NCBI RefSeq assembly: GCF_963921235.1 | Contig: NC_086108.1 | Location: 33,792,001 to 33,856,000, forward strand | Direction of reading: 5' to 3' | DNA length: 64,000 bases | Source: Mobula hypostoma | Lineage: Eukaryota | Part shown: in pieces, positions 1 to 12,385 of the stretch | How positions within the stretch are numbered: the first letter of the stretch is position 1 | Layout: each line of letters opens with the position of its first letter | Notes under the pieces: model-generated | Told to the model about the DNA's origin: nothing | The model's input: the letters and a program-made list of their open reading frames with translations, nothing else | Databases searched by the model: none | Made by a program: the position numbers and the translations under genes

Positions 1-813
1 GTGGACCACTTTCCATATCTTGGAAGTCACTTCTCCTCCAATATCAACTTTAATGACGAGATCCAACATCGTCTTAGATGCACTGGAACAGCTTTTGGAC
101 GTCTCCGAACAAGAGTCTTTCATGATCATGACATCCGAACAGACATCAAAATGTTAGTGTACAAAGCAGTGGTAATCCCAACACTCCTGTATGCATCAGA
201 AACCTGGACAACATACCGACGACATCTGAAGGCACTTGAAAAGTTCCATTAATGCTGTCTTCGAAACATCTTAAATATCATCTGGGAAGATAGAAGAACC
301 AAAGTCAGTGTGCTAAATGAAGCAAAAACAACAAGCATTGAAGCCTACGTCAAAAAGAACCAACTAAGATGGAGTGGTCATGTTGTTCGGATGAAAGTCG
401 AACGCCTGCCAAAACAAATCTTCTACTCCCAGCTTAAAGAAGGCAAACGTAAAAGTGGCGGACAACAAAAGAGATTCAAAGACGTCTTAAAAGCCAACAT
501 GAAGAAATGTAATATTGACATCAACAATTGGGAAACCAATGCCAAGGACAGGAAACTCTGGCAAGCCATCATCCCAGAAGGAACAGCAACTTTCAAAGCC
601 AATAGATGTGCAGAATTAGAAGAAAAGAGAAGAAAATGGAAAGAGAGGCAGCAACAACCAAAGCCCGACCTGCCATCTGGAACTACCTGTCCTGAATGCG
701 GAAGAACTTTCAAAACCAAGATTGGACTCATAAGCCACTTGAGAGCCCATAAGTAGATCAACAGAACGAAGACCATCATCCTCGACCTCAAGGGATAGCT
801 ACGACGACGACGA
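1..813 (+). mobile_element. RTE-clade LINE, 3' part of ORF (RT thumb plus C-terminal C2H2 finger), one premature stop, runs off the left edge
   Basis: ORFs 1-252 and 310-756 share a frame (FPYLGS..VIPTLLYASETW..QLRWSGHVVRM..RLPKQIFY, ending CPECGRTFKTKIGLISHLRAH). Short 3' UTR followed by a (GAC)n tail at about 800-813. Confidence 0.85.
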
Positions 814-1698
814 CTTTTACATTAGTGTTGACTTCCCTTGTCAGCCACAGATGTACTATTTTACCATTTGAGTATTTCTTCATTTTTGGAATACATCTTT
901 TCTGAACTTTCCTCAATTTTTCCCAGAAATTTACATCATTGCTGTCTCTGCTGTCATCCCTGCCAGCATCTCCTTCCAATTTACTTTGGTCAACTCCTCT
1001 CCCATACCACTCCTTTTATCCACTGAAATACTGCTACATCAGACTTTACTTTATCCCTGTCAAATTTCAAGTTGAACTCAGTCATATTGTGATTACTGCC
1101 TCCAAAGGGCTCTTTCACCTTAAGCTCCATAATCACCTCCAGTTCATTACATAACACCCAATCCAGTATAGCTGATCCTCTAGTAGGCTTAACATCAAAC
1201 TGCTCTAAAAAGCCATCTTGTAGGGATTCAACAAGCTCACTCTCCTGAGATCCATTATCAACTTGATTTTCCCAATCAACTTGCATGTTATAATCTCCCA
1301 TGACTATCATAACATTGCCCTTTTGAGATGCCTTTTCTATTTCCCATTGTAATCTGTGGTACACATCCCAACTACTTTTTGGAGACCTGTATATATCTGC
1401 CATCAGGGTCCTTTTACCCTTGCAGTTTCTTAACTCAACCCACAAGGATTCAATATCTTCCAATTCCATGTCACATCTTTCTACTGATTTGATGCCATTC
1501 TTTACCAGCGGAGATGTGCCTCCCCCCTTCCTACTTTCCTATCCCTCCGATACAATGTGTAACCTTCAGCTTCCAACTACAACCATCCTTCAGCTATGAT
1601 CTGGTGAAGGCCACAACATCATACCTGACAATCTGTAATAGTGTAACAAGATCATCCACCTTATTTCTTATACTCCATGCATTGAGATAAACATTGAG

Positions 1699-2387
1699 AT
1701 GACCCCTGTTTCCATCCAGGGGGTCAATGTGGACATGGTGGCAGATTACAAATACCTGGGGATACGAATTGACAATAAACTGGACCGGTCAAAGAACACT
1801 GAGGCTGTCTACAAGAAGGGCCAGAGCCGTCTCTATTTCCTGAGGAGACTGAGGTCCTTTAACATCTGCCGGATGATGCTGAGGATGTTCTACGAGTCTG
1901 TGGTGGCCAGTGCGATCATGTTTGCTGTTGTGTGCTGGGGCAGCAGGCTGAGGGTAGCAGACACCAGCAGAATCAACAAACTCATTTGTAAGGCCAGTGA
2001 TGTTGTGGGGATGGAACTGGACTCTCTGACTGTGGTTTCTGAAAAGAGGATGCTGTCCAAGTTGCATGCCATCTTGGACAATGTCTCCCATCCACTACAT
2101 AATGTACTGGTTGGGGACTGGAGTACATTCAGCCAGAGACTCATTCCACCAAGATGCAACACAGAGCGTCATAGGAAGTCATTCCTGCCTGTGGCCATCA
2201 AACTTTACAACTCCTCCCTTGGAGGGTCAGACACCCTGAGCTAATAGGCTGGTCCTGGACTTATTTCCTGGCATAATTTACATATTACTATTTAATTATT
2301 TATGGTTTTATTACTACTTAATTACTTATGGTGCAACTGTAACGAAAACCAATTTCCCCCGGGATCAATAAAGTATGACTATGACTA
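1699..2387 (+). mobile_element. 5'-truncated Rex1/Babar-type LINE inserted in CR1
   Basis: ORF 1699-2244 has YKYLG..KKGQSRLYFLRRLRSF..SHPLH..KSFLPVAIKLYN. 3' end is GGGATCAATAAAG then (TATGAC)n. The CR1 resumes on both sides. Confidence 0.8.
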
Positions 2388-3654
2388 CTTTGAGTACTGT
2401 ATTTGCTACCTTTTTTGATTCTGCATTCCTAAAGCACTGATACTCATCATACTGGCTACAGTTTTGTCCTATCATCTGCCAGCCCTTCCAGACAGTCTGA
2501 CTGCACGCTCTTTGCTTTTTTACCATCCAACCTATCCTGAGTTCCTTCACTCCAGTTCCCATACCCTTGCCAAATTAGTTAAAACCCTCCCCAGCAGCTC
2601 TTACAAATGTGCCCGTGAGAATATCAGTCCCCCTGGGGTTCAGGTGCAACCTGTCACTTCTGTACAGGCCAGAAGAGATCCCAATGATTCAAGACCATGA
2701 AGGCCTGCCCCTGCATCAGTTTCTCAGCCACACATTCATCCGCTAAATCATCCTGTTTCTACCCTCATTGGCACATGGTACAGGTAGCAATCCAGAAAAA
2801 AAAACTACCCTGAAGGTCTTGCTTCTCAGCTTTCTGCCTAGTTCTCTGAATTCTCTCTTCAGGACCTCTTTGCTTTTCGTTCCTATGTCATTGGTACCAA
2901 AATGTACCAAGACATCTGGCTGCTCTCCCTCCCTCTCTAAAATGCTCTGGACACAATCCAAAACACCCCTGACCCTGACACTTAGGAGGCGTCATACCAT
3001 CCGGGTGTCCCATTCACATCCACAGAATCTCCTGTTTGTTCCTCTCACTATTGAGGCCCCTATCACTACTCCTCCATTCCTCTCCCTCTTTCCCACTGCA
3101 CCACAGACCCAGTAATCCGGTCTCTATGGCACTGCTGGGAGGTCATTCCCCACAACAATATCCAAAATGATATACTTATTATTGAGGGGAATGGTCACAG
3201 GCGTGCTCTGCGCTGACTGCCTATTCACACTTCCATTCCTCCTGACAGTCACCCTACAGCTATTCAGTTCCTACAACTTAGGGGTGACTACTTCTCTGTA
3301 ACTCTGATCAATGATCTCCTCACTCTCCTGTACAAGCCGAAGGTCATCCAGCTAACACGGTCTTCAAGGAGCTGCAGCCATATGCACTTCAGGTAGATTT
3401 AGTTCCCTGGGAGACTCTGGGTCTGCCAAGACTTCAACATCTGGCATGAAGAAAACGCAATGGCTATTTACAACACTAGGTACAGTAACAGAAAAATAAA
3501 GGGAACCTTAATAGAAGCTTGCCCAGAGCCAATGCCTCTTTCAAGCCAAAACCTCCTTAGAGCCAAAGCCTGACACTCCTATTCTCACCACTGGCCCACT
3601 CCCAAAAATGTCCACCCCACTTGTCCCTTCTGTACTTCTATTTAATTCGCTGTG

Positions 3655-3890
3655 CTCTGCTCCCACCACTGACTGGGCCAGCAGAACGAGTCCAAACGCC
3701 TGCGAAGCTCTTCTTTTAAACAAGTGTTGCCGACCTGCGAGATACCTTGTTGCTCTGCTCTGCTCCCATCACTGATTGGGCCGCGGGAATGAGCCAGAAT
3801 ACTCACGAAGCTCCTCTTTTAAACAAGCGGGGCCAACCTGTGAGGAACCTCATCACTCTGCTCTGTTCCCACCGCTGACTGGGCTGCCAG
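3655..3890 (-). repeat. Tandem 103-bp monomers (about 2.3 units) in a CR1 5' UTR
   Basis: CTCTG(C/T)TCCC recurs at 3655, 3758 and 3861, giving a period of 103. Confidence 0.8.
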
Positions 3891-3959
3891 AATTTTCTGT
3901 TGTTCTTCTGGATAACATTAAAGGACAATGAAAATCCACTGAGGCTAAGATGTGAAATT

Positions 3960-4280
3960 GAGTCACAGTCATACAGCATTGAAACAGGCCCGTTGATCCA
4001 AGTCATCCATGCCTAAGTTAGTCATATTTGGCTGCATTTGCTCTATGGCTTTCTAAATCTTTCCTGTCTAAATGTCTTTTAAAAATTATTATTGTACCAA
4101 TTTCAATCACTTTTCTGGCAGCTCTTTCTATGTATGTACACTCTCTATATTAAAAAAAAACAGTTGGCCTCTCAAGTTCCTATTAGGTCTTTTCCCCACT
4201 TATGTTAAACCTATACTCTTTTAGTTCTTGATTCTCCAACCCTGGGAAAAAGACTGAGTGTATTCACCCTGTCCATGATT
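3960..4280 (-). mobile_element. Old CR1 3' fragment
   Basis: CR1-type tail and stem-loop region (gtcatacagcattgaaacaggccc) followed by decayed ORF2 end. Confidence 0.55.
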
Positions 4281-4299
4281 TGGAATCAAGGATTCACCT

Positions 4300-4468
4300 A
4301 AACAAAGGAAATACTGGGATTACTCAGTTGGTCAGACAGAGCTTGAGGAAAGAGAAATGGAGCAAAGGTTTTATGTCTGAATGAAGTCTCCACAGATGCT
4401 GTCTGATCTACTGAGTGTTTCCTGTACTTCCTGTTTTTGCTTCAGATTTCCAGCATCTGCAATGTTTT
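4300..4468 (+). mobile_element. Degenerate Penelope-like pLTR fold-back remnant
   Basis: Contains gatgctg..ctgagt..ttccagcatctgca, the terminus shared with younger copies, preceded by an inverted partial copy. Confidence 0.5.
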
Positions 4469-4758
4469 TAAATTTTTGAGTGGAGGTTAAAAGTGCAACC
4501 AGGGAACATAAAGCAGGATTTATGAATTGCCAAACTGTTATACAGCATACCTGAATTTTTTAATGATGATGGCATGGAATATGGGCTGGTAGCATTTGGA
4601 TTCTGCCACAAATTTTCAAGCAGTTACTTTCCTCCTCTCTGACACTAATGGCAGACTGAAAATTGCAATCCCTGGTGACAGGAAATGAATCTCTGAATGA
4701 GTATTAACTTATTCAAGGCATTTGCCACTGAACCACCAAAATGAGTATAAATGTACTA

Positions 4759-4955
4759 CACAAACACGAGGAAATCTGCAGATGCTGGAAGTTCAAGCAA
4801 CACTCATCAAAGTTGCTGGTGAATGCAGCAGGCTAGGCAGCATCTCTAGGAAGAGGTACAGTCAACGTTTCAGGCCGAGACCCTTCGTCAGGTCTTGGCC
4901 CGAAACGTCGACTGTACCTCTTCCTAGAGATGCTGCCTGGCCTGCTGCGTTCACC
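4759..4955 (-). mobile_element. Short palindromic Penelope-like pLTR insertion
   Basis: 65-bp inverted arms at 4818-4882 and 4891-4955 with an 8-nt loop. TSD TGTACTA at 4752-4758 and 4956-4962. Matches the terminus of the 13130 element. Confidence 0.85.
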
Positions 4956-6029
4956 TGTACTATATGTTTTGTTTAAAGCATCAGATGGTACAAGGGTGAA
5001 GCATAGCAGAAAACCAGGTTCAACAAGTGACTTGCATCTCAACAGAGCCAATCAATTTCAAATGGCAACATTCAGGAAGGCAAAGGTTGACACTGGGATG
5101 GGTCTGCTATTTCTGCAAGTTTGTGTACAGAACAGAATTGAAGTAACAAAGCTCTAAGCTTGTGAGCATTTGCACGGAAGATATAACAATGGGTTAAAAC
5201 TTACATTTAGAGACAGGCCATTTAGCAAGGAAAACTAGGGAAAATATTCTTCTTGGAAAAAGATGCAGGAGTGAACACTTTTCCCCACAAAATGGCATCT
5301 CTGCTTGCCACTCATCTTGGTGCACATAATGTTTTCTTGGCATTCGGTGCTCTCCCAATGATGTCAATTGTTGCTCGTTACAAGTGTCATGGTACAGACT
5401 GAGGAGAATTAGTGGCACTTTGTGCTACCTTTTTGCTTCCCTGGTGGCATAAAGGGACAGTCTGTTGACATTGAAGAACCCGAAATGGCAGCTTTGGAAC
5501 TGACTGCAGAACACGAACACCTCCCAAATCCACATAATGTGTTACAGCTAACAGTGAGAGCGTTTTGCCATGTTTAGCCGCTGAGCTACATTCAATGGAC
5601 GACTCGGTGTGTAACGCCTCACAACTGATAGATTTGTGAAAAGTGAAGGCAGGGTACTCGGGTAGGGATGAGGGCCTAGGAGCAGATGCCACAAATTCCA
5701 CCAGTGAATTCCTTGTTCCCACTGAGACATCACATTACAGCAAGAGCAGTAGACTTACAGTTCAGGTTTTCTAAATTAATACTGACAGAGATATTTCACA
5801 CTACGTGAAATGCCTTTCATCCATCCTGTCAGGCCTAGACTCTCTCTCTCAGTGACAAACCAAAAATTGTTATTGCAGAGCTGTTAAGTATGGCATTAAC
5901 TAATGTAGAGGCACTGGGAGCTCCAAATCATGTGCTAGTGCTCATTTGAACACTAACAGCCACCAAACTATGTATTTCATCACATGTACCATAATCTCAA
6001 ATAGGAAAATTTACTTGTAACATAAGGTC

Positions 6030-6495
6030 GGTTTTATTTGCCACATGTGTATTGGAATATCAAAATAGGCAGTGAAATGTGTTGTTTTGTGTCAACAACC
6101 AGCCCAAAACAGTCGGAGGATTGGGCTGAGGTAGCGTGTAAGTGTTTCCTCACTCCTAGCTCCAACACAGCATGTCTCAGCTCACGAACACTAACGGTAT
6201 GTCTTTAGGAATGTGGGAGGAAACTGGAGCAACCACAGGAAAACCAAGCGATCATGGGTGGAACTTAGAAACTCCTTATAAACTCCAATTAAACTTCATG
6301 AAGAAGAGGCTCAGCCCCAAACGTCGACTTATTGTTCATTTCCATGGATGCTGCCTGGCCTGCTGGGTTCCTCCAGCATTTTGTGTGTATTGCTTTGGAT
6401 TTCCAACACCTGCGGAATTTCGTGTGTTTACTGATCAAACTCCGAAGGTAATCACTGGCATTGTAAAGCAACAGTGCTAACTGCTACGCCACCAT
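6030..6495 (-). mobile_element. Decayed V-SINE-like element with an inserted pLTR remnant (about 6295-6430, + strand)
   Basis: V-domain-like reverse complement tgtgggaggaaactggagcaaccacaggaaaacc. pLTR motif gatgctgcctggcctgctg..cctccagcattttgtgt. Confidence 0.55.
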
Positions 6496-7419
6496 GCAAT
6501 TATACACCCCACACAAAAGTACCACCTTGCCTCCTCTCTCTGTTAAATCCAGCAAGTTCAGATAGCTGATTGTCTTTCTTAGACACATGAAACCCAGTGC
6601 TCTGTTTGGGTCTCCAGCTATGTCGTTATTTCCTGCCCTGAGGAGTACATGGCATTCTGACTCACCTCCCTGAAGACTTGTCTTGCCTCTTCAGTGGCTG
6701 GTTCTATATCAACTTCTGGAATAAATCAGCCATCACATTTTTCTAATATGTTCTAGTGTGGCTTTTATTGCTATCATTCAGTCAATATGGAGACTTCTAA
6801 ATTTTCCTCCATTTTGTACTAGATTCATTTAGCACTGCACATTTGTGCTATCTCACCTATCTACATCCATTTCTGTTGTATTTGCTCCCTGTATTGCTAT
6901 AGCGCATCCTTGATTTTTTTTAAGTGGCTTTCTCTTTGGCTCTTCACAATGAGTTTGTATGTACTCGAGCCATGGTGTTACTTTCATTCCAGCTTTAGTC
7001 TCACCACTCCCTCAAGTCTGTGAAACATTAGCATTTCTGCTGGGTTGAATCTTCTGAATGATTGTGACATTACTTGAATAAGGAATTACAGGAACTGCAA
7101 TTGATTGCTAGATGCAAAGCTAACCTTGTTAATTTTGGGTAATCAAATCTTCCTTCAGAATGCCTGTAGTCCTTTGGTTTCACTGTTGACAGGTTTACAG
7201 ATGAATTAATATGTCCTTTCATGAGTGCCTCTCTTTACTGTGCATAAAGAGAGCAGCCCCAGTACGAGAGATGACTGAAAATCATTCTGCAGATGGTTAG
7301 GTATCTCCATAACTACAAACTCAAGTCTGCATATACAGTGAATTTTTTTTTAACTGCAGCAGCTGGAAATCTGAATTAAAAACAGAAGATGCTAAAATCA
7401 CTCAGCAGGCCTAATCTTT

Positions 7420-8800
7420 TCCTGAAAGCAATTGCCAAGTGCCTTCACCGAAGGAATTGTGGTGGATCAAAAGACGGCTTATTGCTGTGCTTCAAGAAAG
7501 GTTTGGGCACAGGACAATCTGGTTGAATCGAGGTGGCGGAGCCTGGATCAGAAAGTGTATCGAAGCAGCAGGGCACAGGTCCGAGAGCGAGGAATGACCG
7601 GAGATTTGGATGATATAAATGCCATGCCAGATTGAAAAGGTCAGCGCTTTGGGGTCAGAGGTTCATCTCCCTGTTCTGCAAGGTTTACTCTTCTCTGCGC
7701 TGAACTGAGGCTGTGGTCCACAACTAATATGCTCCTGAATCGGCTGCAGTGATGGCTGTGGACTCACTTTCATGAACTTCAGTTCTGAATGACATTTGCA
7801 TACTTTTATTGTTTGTACAATTTGTTTTTTTTCCTGCACATTGGGTTTTGACAGTCTTTTTTATGGGTTCTATTGTGTTTGGGTTGTGGCTAACTGTAAG
7901 GAGACAAATCTCAAGGTTATATATAGTCAAAGGTCAAGGGTTCATTTTATTATCCGAGTAGGTATGCAGAATACAACTCTGAAATTTGTCTTTTTCAGAT
8001 ATCCACGAAACAAAGAAAAACTACGGAAGTCATTGAAAGAAAAGACATGAACACCCCCCGCCCCCCATGCCCCGCACAGAAAGAAAAAGAAACAAAAACA
8101 CTTAAGCCCCAAACTCCCAATCCCTCCATCACACAAAAACTAACAGATCGCCCACACAGAAAATGGCTGCTAGAACATTAAATCCCAAACCCCCAACCCC
8201 CTCCTTGCAAAAATCTAACACATCGCCCACTCTGGAAATAAAAGTAGCAACAATAACCCCAAACCCCCAATCCCTAAACCACCAGTCAGCAATAAGAAAG
8301 AAAACTGAAGGAGACCAATATAAACTGTAGTCCACACAAATAATCACATAAATCTCAGAATTTCGATAACATTAGCCATCAGCATCGAAGAGGGTAACCG
8401 CTCGGACATAGGCCTTCGGTACAGAGCTACCACTCACCCGTCCTCCTGTGGGGAGCAACCGATCGCTCTCTTCTGCATTCACCTTGATGCTTCAATCTCC
8501 CTCGATGCTTTAATAGGCAAGAAATGGAGTTGTCCCCATGCCCCATCTCTGGTCTTCTCCATGAGGCAGATCCTAAAATCTTCTCGGGACAGCAGGGCAC
8601 TAGATCACTCAATTGATCTCCAAGCTGTAGGTCACAAGCTCCAACAGTTTCCAAAACACAATTAAGATTAAAAGAGTAAGTAGAAAAAGTGAAACAATTG
8701 ACTATCTGGAAGATGTCGCCCAAGGAGTTGTTGTTCATTGGCGCCATCTCGACCGGAAGGTACATACTTTGATAATAAACATACTTCGAAATTTGAAGTT
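7420..8800 (+). mobile_element. Non-coding LINE-tailed element split by the 7927-8759 insertion
   Basis: Tail aatctcaaggttatatatag | tacatactttgataataaa is contiguous across the insertion and resembles the Rex-Babar tail at about 44370-44430. Confidence 0.55.
7927..8759 (-). mobile_element. Non-autonomous element with an ETS/YY1-like head and a Rex-Babar-like tail
   Basis: 5' end CTTCCGGTCGAGATGGCGCC; no RT ORF; 3' end aatttcagagttgta..gataataaaatgaacccttgacctttga. Confidence 0.55.
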
Positions 8801-9099
8801 ACAAATGGGCAATAAATCCTGGTCTTGTCAGTAATGCCTGCATCCCAAAAAATAAACAACTATGAGAAAATTCACTGTTAAAGTTTTGTTTTTATATGTT
8901 ATAAGCTGTCGGCTGATCTTCGTTCAGACTACTTTGCATTCTTTTTCAGTGACTGGTGCTTTGATGTAAACAGCATTGATAAATCTGGTAAAAATCATAA
9001 GTTAAACTGAATTATACCAGAGGAAGTGCTGAACTTTGCTTCTGGTTCTCATTTCTCCAACTTAATGGATTCCAGTTTATCATTGTCGTGGTGTAAACT

Positions 9100-9527
9100 C
9101 TTAGTTGCTACTTTTGATTCTGTCTGCAGCCTCCTGCAATGTTACAGTGAGGGTCAGCGAACACTGGAAGAACAACATCTTATCTTCTACTTAGGATCAC
9201 TGCAGCCTGCAAGTCTTTTTCAACTTTACATAACCTCCTGTTTGTATGAGAACAGCTTATTCTTGTCTGCCATTGCTTTTTCTCCATTTTTCTGTAGTCA
9301 GATTATACATTACACAAAGAAGTCTAATCTGAACTGCTCCATTATATCACTATATTAGAGAAATTTCCTTTGTTCTATCTATTCCTCCACCCCCCGCCCC
9401 ACCCTCTTAGCACTTGCTTCTCGCTTTCTTAGTTCTAATGAACAACTCTAGATCTGAAACATTAACTGTTTTTCCTTCCACGGGTACTCTGATCTGCTGA
9501 GTTTTTCGAGCATATTCTGTTTTTAGA
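9100..9527 (+). mobile_element. Old Penelope-like fragment (GIY-YIG C-terminus plus pLTR)
   Basis: LEEQHLIFYLGSLQP matches LEEQHLIFCLGSLQP of the 14-kb element. Confidence 0.65.
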
Positions 9528-9899
9528 CAAGGAATTGTCACTGAGTGCTTTCAGGGAAGCATGCATGACACTGACAGAGGAGTTTGTGTTCTCCTAGCCC
9601 CACAATGCTGTGAAAGACCAGCCACTTGGTGATCAGAGCATTAGATACAAGGGTTCCCCAAAGGTCCAATGCACGTCTGAGACACAGGACACTTCTAAGC
9701 ATTTCCTTACAATGGTGTCAAATATCTTAGCTCTCAGAAGTATTATGTATCTAATGTTTAGTTCATTTCTAGCCTGCCTACTTCCTATTGCTTGCTGTTC
9801 TCAACCATCGAGTGTATAGCATGCCTCTTTACTGTACATGCCTCCATTGTTTCCCTGATCCTGAACTCTTCAATGATTATCTCATGATATCGCTATCGA

Positions 9900-10930
9900 T
9901 TCAATTTTGTTTATTATCATATGCACAAGTATATGTATTCACAGGTGCAACGAATAGTTTATTTGCCGCAGCATCACAGCCACATGGTGTCAAAAAAGCA
10001 GCATTCACAAGAGAAACATAAGTTATGCACAATTTTTAATAAGTAAGCAGAAATAGATCAAAAAAATACATCTATTTTTGTTCAAAGTGTTCATTGTGTT
10101 GCCAAACTGCTGTGATTATGGTTCTGTCATTTGGTTTAAGGACGAAGTGGTTGAAAGGAAGTAGCTGTTCTTGAACCTGGTGGTGTGGGACATTAAGTTT
10201 CTGTATCTTCGGCCTAATGGTAGCTGCAAAAAAATGGCTTGCAGATACCACTAAGGTAGATCCTCCTGTAGTCACTACTAATAGAGTGGAGGGATGTGTC
10301 TGTGATGTATTCCGCCAGAGGCCACTATTCCTTGCTTCTTTTGTTCCTACACCTTTGAATTGCCATACCAGACTATCATGCAACCAGTTAGCATACTTTC
10401 AAGAGTACAACTGTAGAAGTTTGTTAGATTGTTTGATGATAAGTCAAGACTCCTTAACCACCTAAGAAATTAAAGATGCTGGCCTCTCTACCTCCATTAC
10501 CACAATGTAGAAGGTGTTCATCTGCCTTCCCCTTTCTCAAGTCATCTCTTTAATTTTGCTGATGTCGAGCAAGAAATTGTTTTTGTGGCACCATTCAACC
10601 AGGTAATCTATTTTGTTCCTGTAAGCTGCGTTTTGTCCAACAACGATTATGTTATTGGCAGGTTAGAAGATAGCTTTGAAGCTCTGTTTAGTCACATACT
10701 CAGGTGTATAGAGAGCACACAGCCTTGTGGTGACGGTCAGTGAGGAGATGTTACCAACCCTCGCTGATTACGGTCTGCAGGTGAGGAAGTCAAGTATTCA
10801 GTTGCCAAGAGAGGTACAGAGACCCAGGTCTTGAACCTTAATGATGAGAATTTGGGTGGGATAATCGTGTTGAAAGCCAAACTATAATTAAGGAACAGCA
10901 GCCTAATATGAGTTTGTGTTGTCCAGTTCA
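9900..10930 (-). mobile_element. Decayed Rex-Babar/L2-type LINE
   Basis: IRLLFLNYSLAFNTIIP (ORF 10737-10973) and the FKNSYF-type ORF end near 10160. Confidence 0.6.
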
Positions 10931-11334
10931 CATTAACTCTGCCCTTTGTCTCATCTGCCTTAATGTGGCACACTTTGTTCTATGTACCTCTTGAACAAGA
11001 ATATCAGAATTGCCTAAGAATATTATTGGCTTCTGTCACTCCTGAGCAAATATACCTGATTACACGTGCATGTTGAAGATCGGAACTTCTCTTGCTATGA
11101 ATTCAATTTTAGAAACTTGCCAAGGATGATTGAAAGGAAAATTAATCAAGAGGGAGGAATATGATAATGAATATAAGCCAGCAAGAAATATAAAAAGAAA
11201 CTAAAAAACTAAAAAGTTCTACAAGTATATAAAAAGGAGAGTTGCTGATGTTTGTAAATTAGAAGACAAGACTGTGGAATTAATAGAGATATTTTGTAAC
11301 TTTCTTCCTTTGAGAAGACAGTAAATACATACAG

Positions 11335-11668
11335 TGGTGGTAGGGTAGCATGATGGTTAGCGCAGTCACTTTACTGCACCAGTGTTCACCGATCGGGCTT
11401 TGATTTTCTCCACTGTCTGTAAGGAATTTGTAAATTCTCCCTGTGACCCTGTGGGTTTCCTCTGGGTGCTCTGGTTTCCTCCTACATTCCAAAGTCGTGC
11501 AGTTAGGATAAGTGAGTGTGGGCATGCTATGTTACCGCTGCGTGTGTGACACTTGCGCAATGTCTCCAGCACACTCCTTGGACTGTGCTTCTCATTGACA
11601 CAAAAGAACGCATTTCTCCCTATGCTTCAATATACATGTGACAAATAAAGCTAATCTTAATCCTAATT
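11335..11668 (+). mobile_element. tRNA-derived V-SINE (HE1-like core)
   Basis: A-box-like head, V-domain gtgggtttcctctgggtgctctggtttcctcc, tail acatgtgacaaataaagctaatc. Confidence 0.7.
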
Positions 11669-12167
11669 TAAAACATCTGATAGCAAAATAGAAGGAGGAA
11701 CTTAAAACAATCACATCTGCTAAGGTAGCCGCACAGGACAAACCAATTGGTCTAAGTTATTAGTCATATTAGTTTGTGTGGTTTTCTTTGCAATTGTGAT
11801 TGCTCCATAGAACATAGTGAGAGTGTTGGAGCCAAGTTCGCTGATAAAACAGTGGCTGATGGAAAAGTAAGCTATTTGGAAGGTGTAAAGTTCAAATGAA
11901 TATAGTTGAGTAGATAAGAGGGCACAAATTTAGGAGGTAGAATGTATGTTGGGAATTCTGAAGTTACCCTCTTCGGTAAGATAAATGAGAAAGCAGATTA
12001 TTGCTTAAATAGAGCACACTGCAGGGTTCTTTGGAACAGAAACACCTATGTGTTTTGAAACATGTGAAATGTGAATCTACAACCATGCAAATAAAGCAAG
12101 TAGTTAGGAACACAAATGTAACATAAGCCTTACAAGAAGTATGGATTAAAATAGTGTTAAAAATAAG

Positions 12168-12385
12168 GACACAAGAGATTCTGCAGATGTTGGAAATCTT
12201 TAGTAGCACACACGAAAAGCTGGAGGAACTCAACAGTCAGACAGCATCTAAGAGGGAAAATAAACTGCTAGCGTTTCAGGCCAAGATCTTCCATCAGAAT
12301 TCATCAGTCCAGATGAAGGGTCTCAGCCCAAAACATTGAATGTTTACTGCCTGACTGCTGAATTCCTCCAGCATTTTGTGCATAT
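12168..12385. mobile_element. Degenerate palindromic pLTR insertion
   Basis: Inverted arms (aaaagctggaggaactca versus gaattcctccagcatttt) meet at about 12295-12305, just upstream of a decayed hammerhead. Confidence 0.6.

Larger units (their letters stand above)
814..3890 (-). mobile_element. CR1 LINE 5' half (monomer UTR, SGNH esterase ORF1, APE endonuclease), decayed; cut by the RTE and interrupted by a Rex-Babar
   Basis: ORF 990-1469 has ESLWVELRN..IVMGDYN..ILDWVL (APE). ORF 2743-2961 has VHFGTNDIG (ORF1 esterase). Sequence matches the CR1 at 33029-36941. Confidence 0.85.

Noticed and set aside
3655..3890. Regularly spaced repeats superficially like a CRISPR array
   Set aside because: Whole 103-bp units are similar, with no unique spacers; the context is a eukaryotic CR1 UTR and there are no cas genes.
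11335..11420. tRNA-like sequence (also 38620-38685)
   Set aside because: Decayed SINE heads; no intact cloverleaf.
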